Shown piece by piece: positions 31,101-40,774 of a DNA stretch of 64,000 nucleotides. How positions within the stretch are numbered: the stretch's first letter is position 1; each line of letters begins with the position of its first letter. Under the pieces are notes generated by a model. That model had not been told where the DNA came from. It worked only from the letters and a program-made list of their open reading frames with translations, and searched no databases. Source of the stretch: Spirochaetia bacterium (lineage in GTDB: Bacteria > Spirochaetota > Spirochaetia > DSM-2461); NCBI GenBank assembly GCA_963668315.1, contig OY764216.1:3392001-3456000 (forward strand), given 5' to 3'. The position numbers were made by a program, and so were the translations under genes.

Positions 31101-34100
31101 AGCTGCCGATGTGCCTTCAGATTTTAGAGCGATACCGGGCAAAGATGATCTAGAACTAAAATGGATTGAAACGGATGATGATGTTTGTTCCTATATATTG
31201 CAGATAGATAATGAAGAGGTCAACGTTTCGAGTGAGATGGGGGTAGAAGATGAAGAGAATAGTATAGTTCTCTTTTCCTATCGGATTGAAGATCTTGAGG
31301 TGGGGGATGTTCTTTCTTGCCAGCTTTTATCAGTAGATAGAGCTGGAAACCTCAGTGAGTCGGTTGATACCACAGGTCTAGTAGGATTATCTATTGTATC
31401 TTTGGTAGAGGATGAACCATTGATCGTTGAGTATGATGATGTTAATCTTTTTATTTCACCGGATACTTTGCCTGATGAGGTTACGGAAGTTATTGTTCAG
31501 GAATTAGAGAGTGAGCCGTTTAAAGAGAGCGCTGTAAATCCAATTCTCTCTCCTGTTTATAGTTTTACCGCATTAACAGCTGATGAAATCAAAAATCACA
31601 TTGTTTTTGATGATTTGTATGTTGGAACTATGGAATATAATGAGAAACTTATTCCTGAGGGCTTTCCTGAATACAATCTTGCCGTGTATTATTTCGATAC
31701 TAATTGGTCTAAATGGGTTAAGGTGGATAGATCTGCGGTTGACGTAGATCACAATATGATTGTTTTTTCCTCGGATCATTTTACCGAATTTTCCGTACAA
31801 GCCACAACCATGGAGGATATTACTCCTCAGGAATTAGCTGATGTTAGCTTTCCTCAGTTTTCAAATAAAATAGCCCATACTCCTGTTACTGTATCACCTC
31901 AGGGAGGTAGTGTTTCTACGTCTATGACAGAGTTAGTACTTCCTGGAAAGAATGGATTGGATCTTGATATCCGAAGGATCTACGATAGTGCTACTGCAAG
32001 AGGTGATGCTGCAGGACTAAATATGTATGCTAGTGTCTCTCTAAGTGATATCATTACTGGTAGTGCTTCTGATTTGATTAAACAGATTGGTTTAAATGTT
32101 CTTTCTGGTACTGTTTCTGCTATTGAGGGTTCAATTGAGAAATATTTTCAAAATAACGGAGACTACTCATATTCTCTTGGTCAGGGATGGAGATTGAACT
32201 TCCCTTATTTGAAAACAAATAATGGGGGTGTGATGGTTAGAACCCCCAAAGGAAGTTTTTATAATATTACTAGTATGGATGTCGACTGGGATCAGTCGGT
32301 TTCCATTGGTGCAGCGAGAACATTAACACTAGAGAATCATGAAGGTGAAGATTTCACTCTAAAAGTATCTCAAATTAGAGCAGATGTTAGTGTATCTTCC
32401 TTAAAAGATTCTGTCTCAAATTTAAAAAATGCATTAACGGAAGTTATAGGTTCAGATACCGATTTCGCGAATGGATTAACCAATTATTTAAATCTAGCTA
32501 AAAGTATTGAGAATTTAATTCCCTCTTGGATTACTGTAGGTGCTTCGTTATATACAAAGGAAGGAAATATCTACAATTTTGATATTCTTGGCCGACTTAG
32601 TTCAATCACGAATGCTACAGGAGATGTTATTGAATTTTCATATGATGATTCTCTCCTCCTTGATTATATTATAGATACTTATGGACGAAAGGTAAGATTT
32701 GAATATCAGTGGGTAAATGGTGTATCTGTATCAGTTCCTCAAGTTTCGAGGATTTGGGTTGAGGACGATGATAGAGAGATAAATTATACTTATCAGGAAG
32801 ATAGATCCGATTGTATGGGACAGCAGCTTACTTCAGCTTTTAAACTCTCTCTACCCTTATTGGATACAGCGACGGATGTGGAAGGGAGAACGTATGATTA
32901 TGATTATGATGATAAGTTTCTTCTTGCATCAAATATTGGGGCGAAAATTAATGGTATAGGATTGGTCTTGGATATTCTGAGTTATTGGACTGGTGGATTA
33001 ACGAGCCGAATAAACTCTGCGTTAGGAATTAGTGGCTTAACCGTTTACGGAGGGGTACAGTTTGAGTGGATATTTCCTATTGAACGGGTTGAAGGTTCAG
33101 GTATCGGTGTGACGAAGCTTGATACAGATGTGACAACCTTGAGCTATTTTGCTTATGATTATTGTGATTATATTTTAGGTTACATCCCGACAGGGATGTC
33201 TTTTGAATTGGCTTCTCAGGAAAGACCGTGCTATTCCAGTCTTAATCGCTATGTAGATGGCAACCTTGTCTTTAATGAGAGTTATTCATATAACTTTACT
33301 TACGGAGGATATAAGCAATTCTATAATAGTAAAACCGTTGTTACAAATGATTATTTACGTACAGAATACAGTTATTCCAAGAAGACTTTGACTCGTGAAC
33401 GCTGTCTTGATTTTTCTGATGTTCTAGCTGGAGGCATATTCCAGGATAGCCATGAGATTAGAGATGTTGTCTCCTTAAATACAGGTATTACTCGCTATAA
33501 TCTGGTTGGCGGCTCTCAATATCTGGATACGAAAAAGATGTCATATAACAATGGACTCCGTCTGACCTATGAGAAGACAGCACAAGCCGTTGATATGTAT
33601 AGGGAAGTAAACTATTCCTATGATGGCTGGGGTAACCAGGTTAAAATAACGACGACTGAACAGGCTGGAGAGATTACATCCTCCCAGATCATTTCCAATC
33701 AGTTTCAGGATAATGGGATTTCTGGTTACACGAATCCCTTTGGATCCCTTACTCTGAATAGTCCTCACATCCATGATAGGCTTCGGGGAACAGTCGTCTC
33801 TGAAACCGTATCCGGGGGAATCCTCGATGAGCCAAGAACGCTTGATAACAAAGTGAGCTGGTATGATTATAACGAATACGGGCAGCGAACTGAGGAAAGA
33901 ACTCTCATAGATGATGCCGACGGAGAAATCTGGAAAACTCAAAAGTATGAGTATTACCCGGTGGACGGAAGTTTTGAATCGGGACAGCTGAAAGCTTCTA
34001 TCGCCATGGACGGGGAGGATGAACTTCTTAGAACGGATGTGGAGTATACCTTTGATAGCGGTAGCTATACTCAGAAGAGGACTTCCCGAGATATCATTCA

Positions 34101-37100
34101 ACATAATGACTCATCGGGAACAGATAGGGTCCAGTGGACGGTGTATGATCTTCCTACAGGAAATCCGATCCTTCAGCATGACGCCCTGGGATATGAAACG
34201 GAGTATGAGTACGACAACCTGGATCGGGTGACAAAAACGGTTAAACCGGATGATAATGATCTTTCAGGCGGTTCCCGCGACGATAATCCGGTTACTCTTG
34301 TTCATTACGATGATATCAATCTGACGACCACAGTTACCGATCCACTGGGTGCGAAAACGGTCTATTCCTACAACAATTTGGGGCAGCTTGTTACTATCGA
34401 AAAGGAGAACCGCTATCCCGCTTCGGAGACTATCACAACCGGACTTGAATATGACGGTCTGGGAAATATATCCGCAGTAATCGATCCCAGAAATAATAGA
34501 ACCCAGTATGGTTATGATGGGATCAAACGACTGATATCTGAAACCTATTACGATGGGGAAGATACGGGCTCTAACAATTATCAAAAGACCTATTCCTACA
34601 ATAACTCGTTAAACCGGAGAACCGTTACGAACGAAGAGGGTGTCATCACCTACGAATATCTGGATATGAGAGGGAATGTTGTTAAGAAAGTCGAGTTGGA
34701 CGCGAACAAATGGACTTACAGAACGAATCAAGCAGTATATACTCTTGCCAACCAGCCTCTGAAAACGGAAGCACCCCTGAACCTCGTGAATGAGTATTAC
34801 TACAATGCGGCTGGACAGCTCCAGGATGAATTAGAGCCCGAGATGACGGGTTTTGATGGGAATGATGATTTTACCGGTCGTTACTGGCACCATCTTGATT
34901 ATAACAATCAGAATCAGCTTGCTGAAGAACGTGTTCTTGCCGCTGAAGGCTCTTCAGGATTGCCGACTTCGATGCCTACTGACTTCCTGGCGGATAAAAC
35001 GTTTGAATATAACGGGGCGGGAGAACTGATAAGTGAGAACTACTACTACCATGACGGGGATGGTGTTCTAAATGCACAGACCGTAAAACATATCTACGAC
35101 GAAAAGGGTAGGGAGCTAGAGACTATTGACGGCAATGGTATCAGCACATTCAAAGAATATACTGCCCGTGATCAGGTGTCAGCGGAGATAGATGCTCTGG
35201 AAAGCCGAACCACCTATCTCTATGATGATAAGGATCGTGTCCTGTCCATGACGGGACCGAGGGGGAATTCGGGGAACTACCCGGCTCTGGATTTCACCAT
35301 TGCGTACGATTATGATGATCTGAACCGGCTGATAAAGGGATATCTACCCAGACGTGCCGATCAGAGCAGCAAACCTGAAGTCACTCTTAATTATGATAAG
35401 AGGGGTAATCTTCTGAACCGGAGCGAACCGGATGGGGGAGTCACGTCCTATGAGTATAACTTCAGGAACTGGCCGACCACAGAAACAAAGAGCGGAATAG
35501 ATGGGGAAGGGAATAGCCTGGAGTATGAAACTTCCTATTCCTATGACCGAGTGGGAAATCGGGAGACCATGACCAATGCCATGGGAACCTGGACCAGCAC
35601 CTATGATGCTTTTAATCGATTGACTCAAACAACGGATCCCACAGGGGCTGCCACTACCCTTAAGTACGATAAGCTGGATCGACAGATAAAAACTACCGAC
35701 GGCAATGGGAACAGCACAAGCTTTGTGTATGACCTTTATGGCAACCTGACCTCTCAAATCGATGCAGCCGGTTATACGACAGTCTATGAATTTGATCTTC
35801 TGGGTAATCGGACCAAACTGACCGATCCCCGGAACAATTCCTGGGTAACATCCTATGATGAACTGTCTCGGGTTAATAAGGAGATAAACAGCCGTGGCGG
35901 TCAGGCCCTCTATTCTTATGATGAGGGGGGACGTTTGCTTCAGCTTATCGATCCCAATGGGACGACTATCGATTATCTCTACTATGATACGGGGCTCCCT
36001 CGAAGAGTGGCTTATACGAATGGCAGTCAAACGCAGGTCGAATCCTATACCTACGATGAAGCGGGAGCTGTTAAGACGGCGACCCTGGATGGAGTTGTGA
36101 AGGAGTATAATCTTGTTGACGGTTCCTATCAGCCTGATCCGATGGGGCTTATTACCGGCCAGAGCGTCAGCTTCGACGGAAAATCCTATACCACCGATTA
36201 TAACTATGATGTCATGAACCGTCTGAGTGACATCGGATATGCCGGAGGACTTACTATCAGCCAAAGTTGGAATAATCTAGGACAATTGGAGGGAATCACC
36301 AATTTCGCTTTCGGGTTTACCTATAATAATGTGGGATACCTGGAGAGTTATGAGCAGAATAACGGAGTTTCCGTCAGCTATGACTTCACGGATAATGGGC
36401 TTCTAGCTTCTCTGGATTATCGCAAGGCAAACAGTATGGAATCTCTTCTGGGCTATGCCTATTCCTATGATGATGCGGGAAATATGACTGCCAGGAATGG
36501 GGATGCCTACGGTTATGATGTGAAGAATCAGATGATAACAGCCAGTATCGTAGGCGATAGTCTAGCTACAGAAGAATCGGTCGATTACGCGAAGGCATTA
36601 CATGTGAGCGAGGATATCCTGGGACAGGAGAAGGCTGTTCTGGTAGGGGATACGGTTGTTCTTGATGTAACCGCTTCCTCCCTTGTTATTGACTACACCT
36701 ACCCGAAGAGGATATCCAAGGTTATTATCACTCCGGATGAGGTGGACCATAGAATTACTCCCTCTACCCTCGCCGTATTTACCTCCATGTATAACAACGA
36801 AGGGTACTACGATGAAGTGGTTGATCCGGAAATCACCATTGATGAAGCAACAGGAGTGATAACCGTGGAGTTCGCCGGAGGCCAATATGCCCGGTATATG
36901 AAGCTGCACTGCCACTTTAATGAATTGAATGAAGATGGTTCCAGCAACACCGGTTCTGCCAGCTTTAGGATCTCCGGTTCCGATGCAGTGGAAGCTTATG
37001 CCATCGTGGGGGGACGAAATGAGTTCTACATCTACGATGGGAAAGGAAACCGTATCTCGAAGAGTATCATGTCAACTGATATTGAGAGTAGTCAGTACGA

Positions 37101-38568
37101 GTACTATTCCGATTCGGATCTTTTATTGAATAACGGTTATGGTAAGTATTATTACGCCTATGATGCCAATGGAAACCTTACGGAGAAAGGTACGGAGGCA
37201 ACGGTTAAAGGTGACGAAGTAGATATTACCGATCCCGATGAGTTGACCGGCACGGCCGATGGGGATTATGCTTATTTCCGTTATACCTACGATTTGAAGA
37301 ACAGACTGGTCCAAGTTGATAAGTCTGTCGAGGGTGTGGTCATCCCCGTTGCCTCTTACACTTATGACGTGGATGGCTATCGTGTCTCAAAAACCGATCG
37401 TGATGAGAGTGTTATAGATTATGTTTTTGATCTGAACGGAAAGATCCTGGAAGAGATTTCAGCTGATGGCTCTTTACAGTATGTTTTCATCAAGGAACGG
37501 CATCTGGCTAGGATAGAGGGGGACAGCACATTGTTCTATGGAACGGATCATGTGAATTCAACAGTACTCATGACTGATGAGAATGGTGAGATCGTTTGGT
37601 CCGGTGATGTTTCGCCCTTTGGAGATTATTCGGTGATCGATTCCGATGCTTATGAGGAAATCGGACTGAAGTATAGCGGAAAGGATCTGGATGAGGATAC
37701 GGGGCTGATGTACTTCAATGCACGGTGGTATGATGCGGATACGGGGCGGTTTATCACAGAGGATCCTGTGAGGGATGGCCTAAATTGGTATTCATACGTT
37801 TCGAATAACCCGATGAAGTTCATTGATCCGACGGGGTTAATGACTGATGAACATAGAGAAGAATATGCTGATTTAGAGTCAAATGGTGCATCACAAGAAG
37901 AATTACAGACTGCACGTGAAAGATTTGAACAACAGGAACGTGAACACATTGATGATCTAACATCAATCTATAAAAGTAATTCAACTACGGAAACGGGTAA
38001 GGATGTTCTTAAAAAGACTATTCTTGAATATATGGGATTCTATAATAGGGATATTGTTCCTGACTCCGTAGAGGATTATGGTGGAACTAAAGTAACTGGT
38101 GATTTTGATGCTATTGAAGGTTATGAGAATATTGAGAGTCCGCATCCTGGCCTAGACTTTGTAGGAGGAGTTGGAGTCGCAACTCCTTTCTATACTGTAT
38201 TTGATAAAGCAACAACAAATCAAGATTCAAAGCCCTTCGTCTTATCAGTTCCTGGCACTGATATTCGTATGAGGATTAAGCATGGTGATGAAACAGATGT
38301 AATGAACTTAATGAAAGGTGTTCATAAGGGTGGATTAAATTCATTTACACCTTCACAGATGATTATTCCATTTCCCAAAAATAATAATGGTAGTTCTAGC
38401 ACTAATCCTCATTTTCATTTGGAGATGACTGCAAATAGAGGCTCTTCTGATGATCCCAGACGATTTATCAATCCTCTTGGGTTGAAAACGGGCAAATCTT
38501 TAGAGTATTTATATAATAAAGGGACGAAAGATAATCCAGAGTGGATGAAGACGAATAGATATTTCTAA
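28150..38568 (+). CDS. Giant Rhs/YD-repeat polymorphic toxin with signal peptide and C-terminal M23-peptidase-like tip
   Basis: Sec signal; discoidin- and Ig-like N-region; YD repeats ~33.6-37.7 kb; core YSGKDLDEDTGLMYFNARWYD...NNPMKFIDPTGL; tip HPGLDF...IKHGD...NPHFHLE...FINP (HxxxD/HxH). Confidence 0.92.
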   Translation: MKMKLLNKTLLSLTMIFTLSSLVWGQSSNQNEIDRINESGILGDARLESMSFSNNYGNLTPPELMLDQDVSTSYGLTETAGSAWVRLDFQDPVYLYGLTYEGLVPEGGMIFLQTEIDDRIVTLPSGYVNGSRSNGLIDVSLERMVSDNLILRIEGEDLSAFRLDEIELISEASDSILQKKELVPEDQSYNRFSLNNDNLLVDGQIGTVWNNTNRGMKNQVYWMFRRVLQEGYHDFEKWRVKDDLILNVITPGEMEFLKIFFTEEAQGTLTLSVHSDDNWVDAVEMHLERERGWQKVDLSLLGEIDQIRFSMEDPRQRWKPGVYGGIGEVELWAKDKPDQNRIIDLLNPDSLVNSKGLVFDIPDLREENHWLEIAESGSSETLPSIYLNSLELGEGIRFESNGMTYWEVPVPYYILTDTANTLRVDSTDDRDVISLQISTRKGNPNDFSDPHLNDGRLLSGRDYSETPLEESFNSGEMDIEEFRLYHGENGSENVYVEDGGIRTSLIAHDSNSYRDIYTVEGKADLLGMGFPGDLYEMEIAGSQNEILTPQIKLIYPEPGVELPQSSTHHQKVIGITDYPEGRITVNGVRAQVSGNYFWVEMRDLRINQPGEYDITAEVRHRNGNTGSDVAPILVEDESISLLLDQNDDLYYTREGSFTFSGNVRGGYIDLVANGETIEVSRRDGFTKTFALDEGLNYFTFQLMARDGETILKREVRQVFFQASTGGLKVTSPVSGGYTNQENITVSGSVIPWGLTSVFVNGTEATIDGQTFNCVCPLSEGENILTVSASYDTGDVFDVQITVYRDSTSPVIISVEPADGTISGDSSIIVSGYVQEDNAFTLFINGTVIETVGASFRTLTPLASEGNNSIQITARDRAGNEAVYPIFQIFRDTTGPVPFTVSSNVSGWTNNNRPIISYSTSDEGIGLSHYEVSINGHAFYPQESPYQVPYLPDSTDDEAVPVIVRAYDLLGNYTDSEIDFYIDTVAADVPSDFRAIPGKDDLELKWIETDDDVCSYILQIDNEEVNVSSEMGVEDEENSIVLFSYRIEDLEVGDVLSCQLLSVDRAGNLSESVDTTGLVGLSIVSLVEDEPLIVEYDDVNLFISPDTLPDEVTEVIVQELESEPFKESAVNPILSPVYSFTALTADEIKNHIVFDDLYVGTMEYNEKLIPEGFPEYNLAVYYFDTNWSKWVKVDRSAVDVDHNMIVFSSDHFTEFSVQATTMEDITPQELADVSFPQFSNKIAHTPVTVSPQGGSVSTSMTELVLPGKNGLDLDIRRIYDSATARGDAAGLNMYASVSLSDIITGSASDLIKQIGLNVLSGTVSAIEGSIEKYFQNNGDYSYSLGQGWRLNFPYLKTNNGGVMVRTPKGSFYNITSMDVDWDQSVSIGAARTLTLENHEGEDFTLKVSQIRADVSVSSLKDSVSNLKNALTEVIGSDTDFANGLTNYLNLAKSIENLIPSWITVGASLYTKEGNIYNFDILGRLSSITNATGDVIEFSYDDSLLLDYIIDTYGRKVRFEYQWVNGVSVSVPQVSRIWVEDDDREINYTYQEDRSDCMGQQLTSAFKLSLPLLDTATDVEGRTYDYDYDDKFLLASNIGAKINGIGLVLDILSYWTGGLTSRINSALGISGLTVYGGVQFEWIFPIERVEGSGIGVTKLDTDVTTLSYFAYDYCDYILGYIPTGMSFELASQERPCYSSLNRYVDGNLVFNESYSYNFTYGGYKQFYNSKTVVTNDYLRTEYSYSKKTLTRERCLDFSDVLAGGIFQDSHEIRDVVSLNTGITRYNLVGGSQYLDTKKMSYNNGLRLTYEKTAQAVDMYREVNYSYDGWGNQVKITTTEQAGEITSSQIISNQFQDNGISGYTNPFGSLTLNSPHIHDRLRGTVVSETVSGGILDEPRTLDNKVSWYDYNEYGQRTEERTLIDDADGEIWKTQKYEYYPVDGSFESGQLKASIAMDGEDELLRTDVEYTFDSGSYTQKRTSRDIIQHNDSSGTDRVQWTVYDLPTGNPILQHDALGYETEYEYDNLDRVTKTVKPDDNDLSGGSRDDNPVTLVHYDDINLTTTVTDPLGAKTVYSYNNLGQLVTIEKENRYPASETITTGLEYDGLGNISAVIDPRNNRTQYGYDGIKRLISETYYDGEDTGSNNYQKTYSYNNSLNRRTVTNEEGVITYEYLDMRGNVVKKVELDANKWTYRTNQAVYTLANQPLKTEAPLNLVNEYYYNAAGQLQDELEPEMTGFDGNDDFTGRYWHHLDYNNQNQLAEERVLAAEGSSGLPTSMPTDFLADKTFEYNGAGELISENYYYHDGDGVLNAQTVKHIYDEKGRELETIDGNGISTFKEYTARDQVSAEIDALESRTTYLYDDKDRVLSMTGPRGNSGNYPALDFTIAYDYDDLNRLIKGYLPRRADQSSKPEVTLNYDKRGNLLNRSEPDGGVTSYEYNFRNWPTTETKSGIDGEGNSLEYETSYSYDRVGNRETMTNAMGTWTSTYDAFNRLTQTTDPTGAATTLKYDKLDRQIKTTDGNGNSTSFVYDLYGNLTSQIDAAGYTTVYEFDLLGNRTKLTDPRNNSWVTSYDELSRVNKEINSRGGQALYSYDEGGRLLQLIDPNGTTIDYLYYDTGLPRRVAYTNGSQTQVESYTYDEAGAVKTATLDGVVKEYNLVDGSYQPDPMGLITGQSVSFDGKSYTTDYNYDVMNRLSDIGYAGGLTISQSWNNLGQLEGITNFAFGFTYNNVGYLESYEQNNGVSVSYDFTDNGLLASLDYRKANSMESLLGYAYSYDDAGNMTARNGDAYGYDVKNQMITASIVGDSLATEESVDYAKALHVSEDILGQEKAVLVGDTVVLDVTASSLVIDYTYPKRISKVIITPDEVDHRITPSTLAVFTSMYNNEGYYDEVVDPEITIDEATGVITVEFAGGQYARYMKLHCHFNELNEDGSSNTGSASFRISGSDAVEAYAIVGGRNEFYIYDGKGNRISKSIMSTDIESSQYEYYSDSDLLLNNGYGKYYYAYDANGNLTEKGTEATVKGDEVDITDPDELTGTADGDYAYFRYTYDLKNRLVQVDKSVEGVVIPVASYTYDVDGYRVSKTDRDESVIDYVFDLNGKILEEISADGSLQYVFIKERHLARIEGDSTLFYGTDHVNSTVLMTDENGEIVWSGDVSPFGDYSVIDSDAYEEIGLKYSGKDLDEDTGLMYFNARWYDADTGRFITEDPVRDGLNWYSYVSNNPMKFIDPTGLMTDEHREEYADLESNGASQEELQTARERFEQQEREHIDDLTSIYKSNSTTETGKDVLKKTILEYMGFYNRDIVPDSVEDYGGTKVTGDFDAIEGYENIESPHPGLDFVGGVGVATPFYTVFDKATTNQDSKPFVLSVPGTDIRMRIKHGDETDVMNLMKGVHKGGLNSFTPSQMIIPFPKNNNGSSSTNPHFHLEMTANRGSSDDPRRFINPLGLKTGKSLEYLYNKGTKDNPEWMKTNRYF

Positions 38569-38577
38569 GGGTAGAAT

Positions 38578-38988
38578 ATGAGAAATAAATTTATATTATT
38601 ATTGTTTCTGATAACTTTCAGTATTATTTATAGTGAAACTCCTAATTACGAGGGCACATGGGCAAGTAATTCTCAATTGAGTACTACTATTCAAAGTACC
38701 TTTTTATCGATTACAAAGTTTTCAGAAAATCAATATTTAGTAACTTCTGTAAGTAATCGTATGGATATACTTACTTATATTGGTGGAGGTTATGTTAACG
38801 AAAATGGTTATTTAGTTGTTTCAACAGATCAAGGAGATACTTGGATTTTTTCAGAAGTATTCAGTTCTCGATATGATGAAGTCATTTCTATATCTGATGC
38901 AAATATGAATGAAGGATATGAAGATTATTATAGGTTACATGATAAATTCAAAACGTGGCCATTTGATAACCTGACCGTTGAGAAATAA
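38578..38988 (+). CDS. Signal-peptide protein, probable immunity protein for the M23 tip
   Basis: MRNKFILLLFLITFSIIYS signal; starts after a 9-bp gap behind the toxin stop; AT-rich like the tip. Confidence 0.7.
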   Translation: MRNKFILLLFLITFSIIYSETPNYEGTWASNSQLSTTIQSTFLSITKFSENQYLVTSVSNRMDILTYIGGGYVNENGYLVVSTDQGDTWIFSEVFSSRYDEVISISDANMNEGYEDYYRLHDKFKTWPFDNLTVEK

Positions 38989-38992
38989 TTAA

Positions 38993-39020
38993 ATTTACCA
39001 TAAGGAGTCTTATGTTAACA
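38993..39020. other. dif-like site (11-6-11)
   Basis: ATTTACCATAA-GGAGTC-TTATGTTAACA; arms are 10/11 and 9/11 matches to the canonical XerD arm TTATGTTAAAT. Confidence 0.55.
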
Positions 39021-39028
39021 AATTATGT

Positions 39029-39300
39029 CCACGCCCCCGGCGGCGGCTCCCCTCCGGTTCACCCGTCTGCTTCGCAGACAGACCGCCTTTGTTCCGATTA
39101 GGCGCCTTATCGGAACACGGGCCTGGTCACAAACCTACGGTTTGTTGCTCGGCCATGCATCCTGCTTGAACCGTCGCTCCCCACGCCAAAGGTCAACTGA
39201 AACAAAGCGTGCCTGTTTCAGGCGGGTAATTGATTCAGGTGAAGTGCAATTTTGCACTGCTGGTCATCCCTCCTGTTTTGGTATATGATGTTTACTGATC
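39029..39300. repeat. Structured repeat, copy 2, plus putative promoter segment
   Basis: Near-identical to 40502-40774; palindrome at 39090-39117 with one mismatch; gtgcaattttgcac at 39244-39257. Confidence 0.93.
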
Positions 39301-40080
39301 ATGGTATTATTGGAGAGTAAGCCTTCTGAATTTTTGCCTCACTTTTCCGGGGAGGGTCTCCCGGAATTTGAAGGTTCATCTTACTTCAATGCACGGTGGT
39401 ATGATGCGGATACGGGAAGGTTTATCACAGAAGATCCGATTCGGTCAGGGTTTTTATGGTATACTTACTGTTCGAATAATCCGGTTAAATACGTAGATCC
39501 AACTGGGTTGATTGATATTGAAGCTGCAGATTTACAAGATAGAACATCTGGCCGTGATGTAGTACGTGGTGAATATCAGAAAATATATTTTGATGAAGTG
39601 ACTCAATCAATCAGAGCTGAGTATAAAGATCCATTTGAAGGTAATCTTTGAAAGACTTTTGAAAGAGGCTTAACCGGGGAGGGGGAATATGGTTCTTCTA
39701 GCACTTCCATGGGGGTTGAGTTAGAAGCTGCAATGTCTCTTGATGATATGGATTTTTATTTATCCGGTGAAGCAGAGATTGCTGATATAGAACTTGGGGA
39801 ATTGAAACCAGAGAATCCTATTGTTTTAACTTCGAATATTGATGCTTGGGGGGCGGAAGGAAAACTTGGTTTTGATGGCTTACTTCCTCAAGCAGATTTG
39901 GCATTTTATGTTGTACGCGGTAGCTTAACTATATCAGCAAGAGTTATTGATCAGTCACGTCTTGATATTACAGCTGGTATAGGTATCGCTGCAGGATTAG
40001 GATTTAAAACTAATGAAGTCGGATTTACAGCTCATATTTTACCCATTACGATAAGTGCTTCCATTGAGGATAACGAATAA
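39301..40080 (+). pseudogene. Orphan Rhs tip module interrupted by one in-frame TGA (39649-39651)
   Basis: ORFs 39301 and 39709 share a frame and the 19 codons between them are open; leader + YFNARWYD...DPTGL; Gly-rich C-terminus. Confidence 0.82.
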
Positions 40081-40382
40081 TGAAAATGAAGTTATATCTA
40101 TATGTTTTGAGTTTTTTATTTCTTGCTAATACTTTTTTTGCAGCATTCTATAGCCAATCTGTTATTTCACAAAATGGCGGTAGTGCTGATATGGGAAAAA
40201 TTGAGGATAATCGTTATTATCTATGGCTTGATGGCAATTTTTCTGAATGCCCTGGAACTGTTTGGTACAAAGTAGAGAAAGTCGAATCATATGCAATGAT
40301 AAGTGGTTATTTAGGACAGGCTAGTTTATTATTTTTGGCAATATCGATAGGAATCTATTTCGTAAAGAAAAGAAAACGATAA
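40080..40382 (+). CDS. Small membrane protein, probable immunity protein
   Basis: Hydrophobic segments at both ends; start overlaps the tip stop codon. Confidence 0.65.
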   Translation: MKMKLYLYVLSFLFLANTFFAAFYSQSVISQNGGSADMGKIEDNRYYLWLDGNFSECPGTVWYKVEKVESYAMISGYLGQASLLFLAISIGIYFVKKRKR

Positions 40383-40501
40383 GGTTTTAGCGAATTATTC
40401 ACTCAGGGAATTTGTTCGTTTTCACCAAGCCCCCATTCGCTGCGCGAAAGGGGCCTCCCCGCTGTCGGTCCAACCGAGCCCTCCCTGCCCGAACGGATCA
40501 C

Positions 40502-40774
40502 CCACGCCCCCGGCGGCGGCTCCCCTCCGGTTCACTCGTCTGCTGGCGCAGACAGATCGCCTTTGTTCCGATAAGGCGCCTTATCGGAACACGGGCCTGG
40601 TCACAAACCTGCGGTTTGTTGTTCGGCCATGCATCCTGCTTGAACCATCGCTCCGCACGCCAAAGGTCAACAGAAACAAAGCGTGCCTGTTTCAGGCGGG
40701 TAATTGATTCAGGTGAAGTGCAATTTTGCACTGCTGGTCATCCCTCCTGTTTTGGTATATGATGTTTACTGATC
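40502..40774. repeat. Structured repeat, copy 3, plus putative promoter segment
   Basis: Perfect palindrome tgttccgataa-ggcgcc-ttatcggaaca at 40564-40591; gtgcaattttgcac at 40718-40731. Confidence 0.93.

Noticed and set aside
35344..36264. 306-aa minus-strand ORF inside the Rhs gene, and similar shadows in both giant genes
   Set aside because: Antisense to YD/Ig repeat coding sequence; explained by codon bias
39649..39651. Recoded TGA (selenocysteine or alternative genetic code)
   Set aside because: TGA is an ordinary stop in many other genes here and no SECIS-like context was recognised; a nonsense mutation is simpler
39025..40762. ORFs over the structured repeats (39025-39288, 40412-40762, 40498-40731, also 6299-6535)
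   Set aside because: Translations of palindromic GC-rich DNA; length and strand differ between copies
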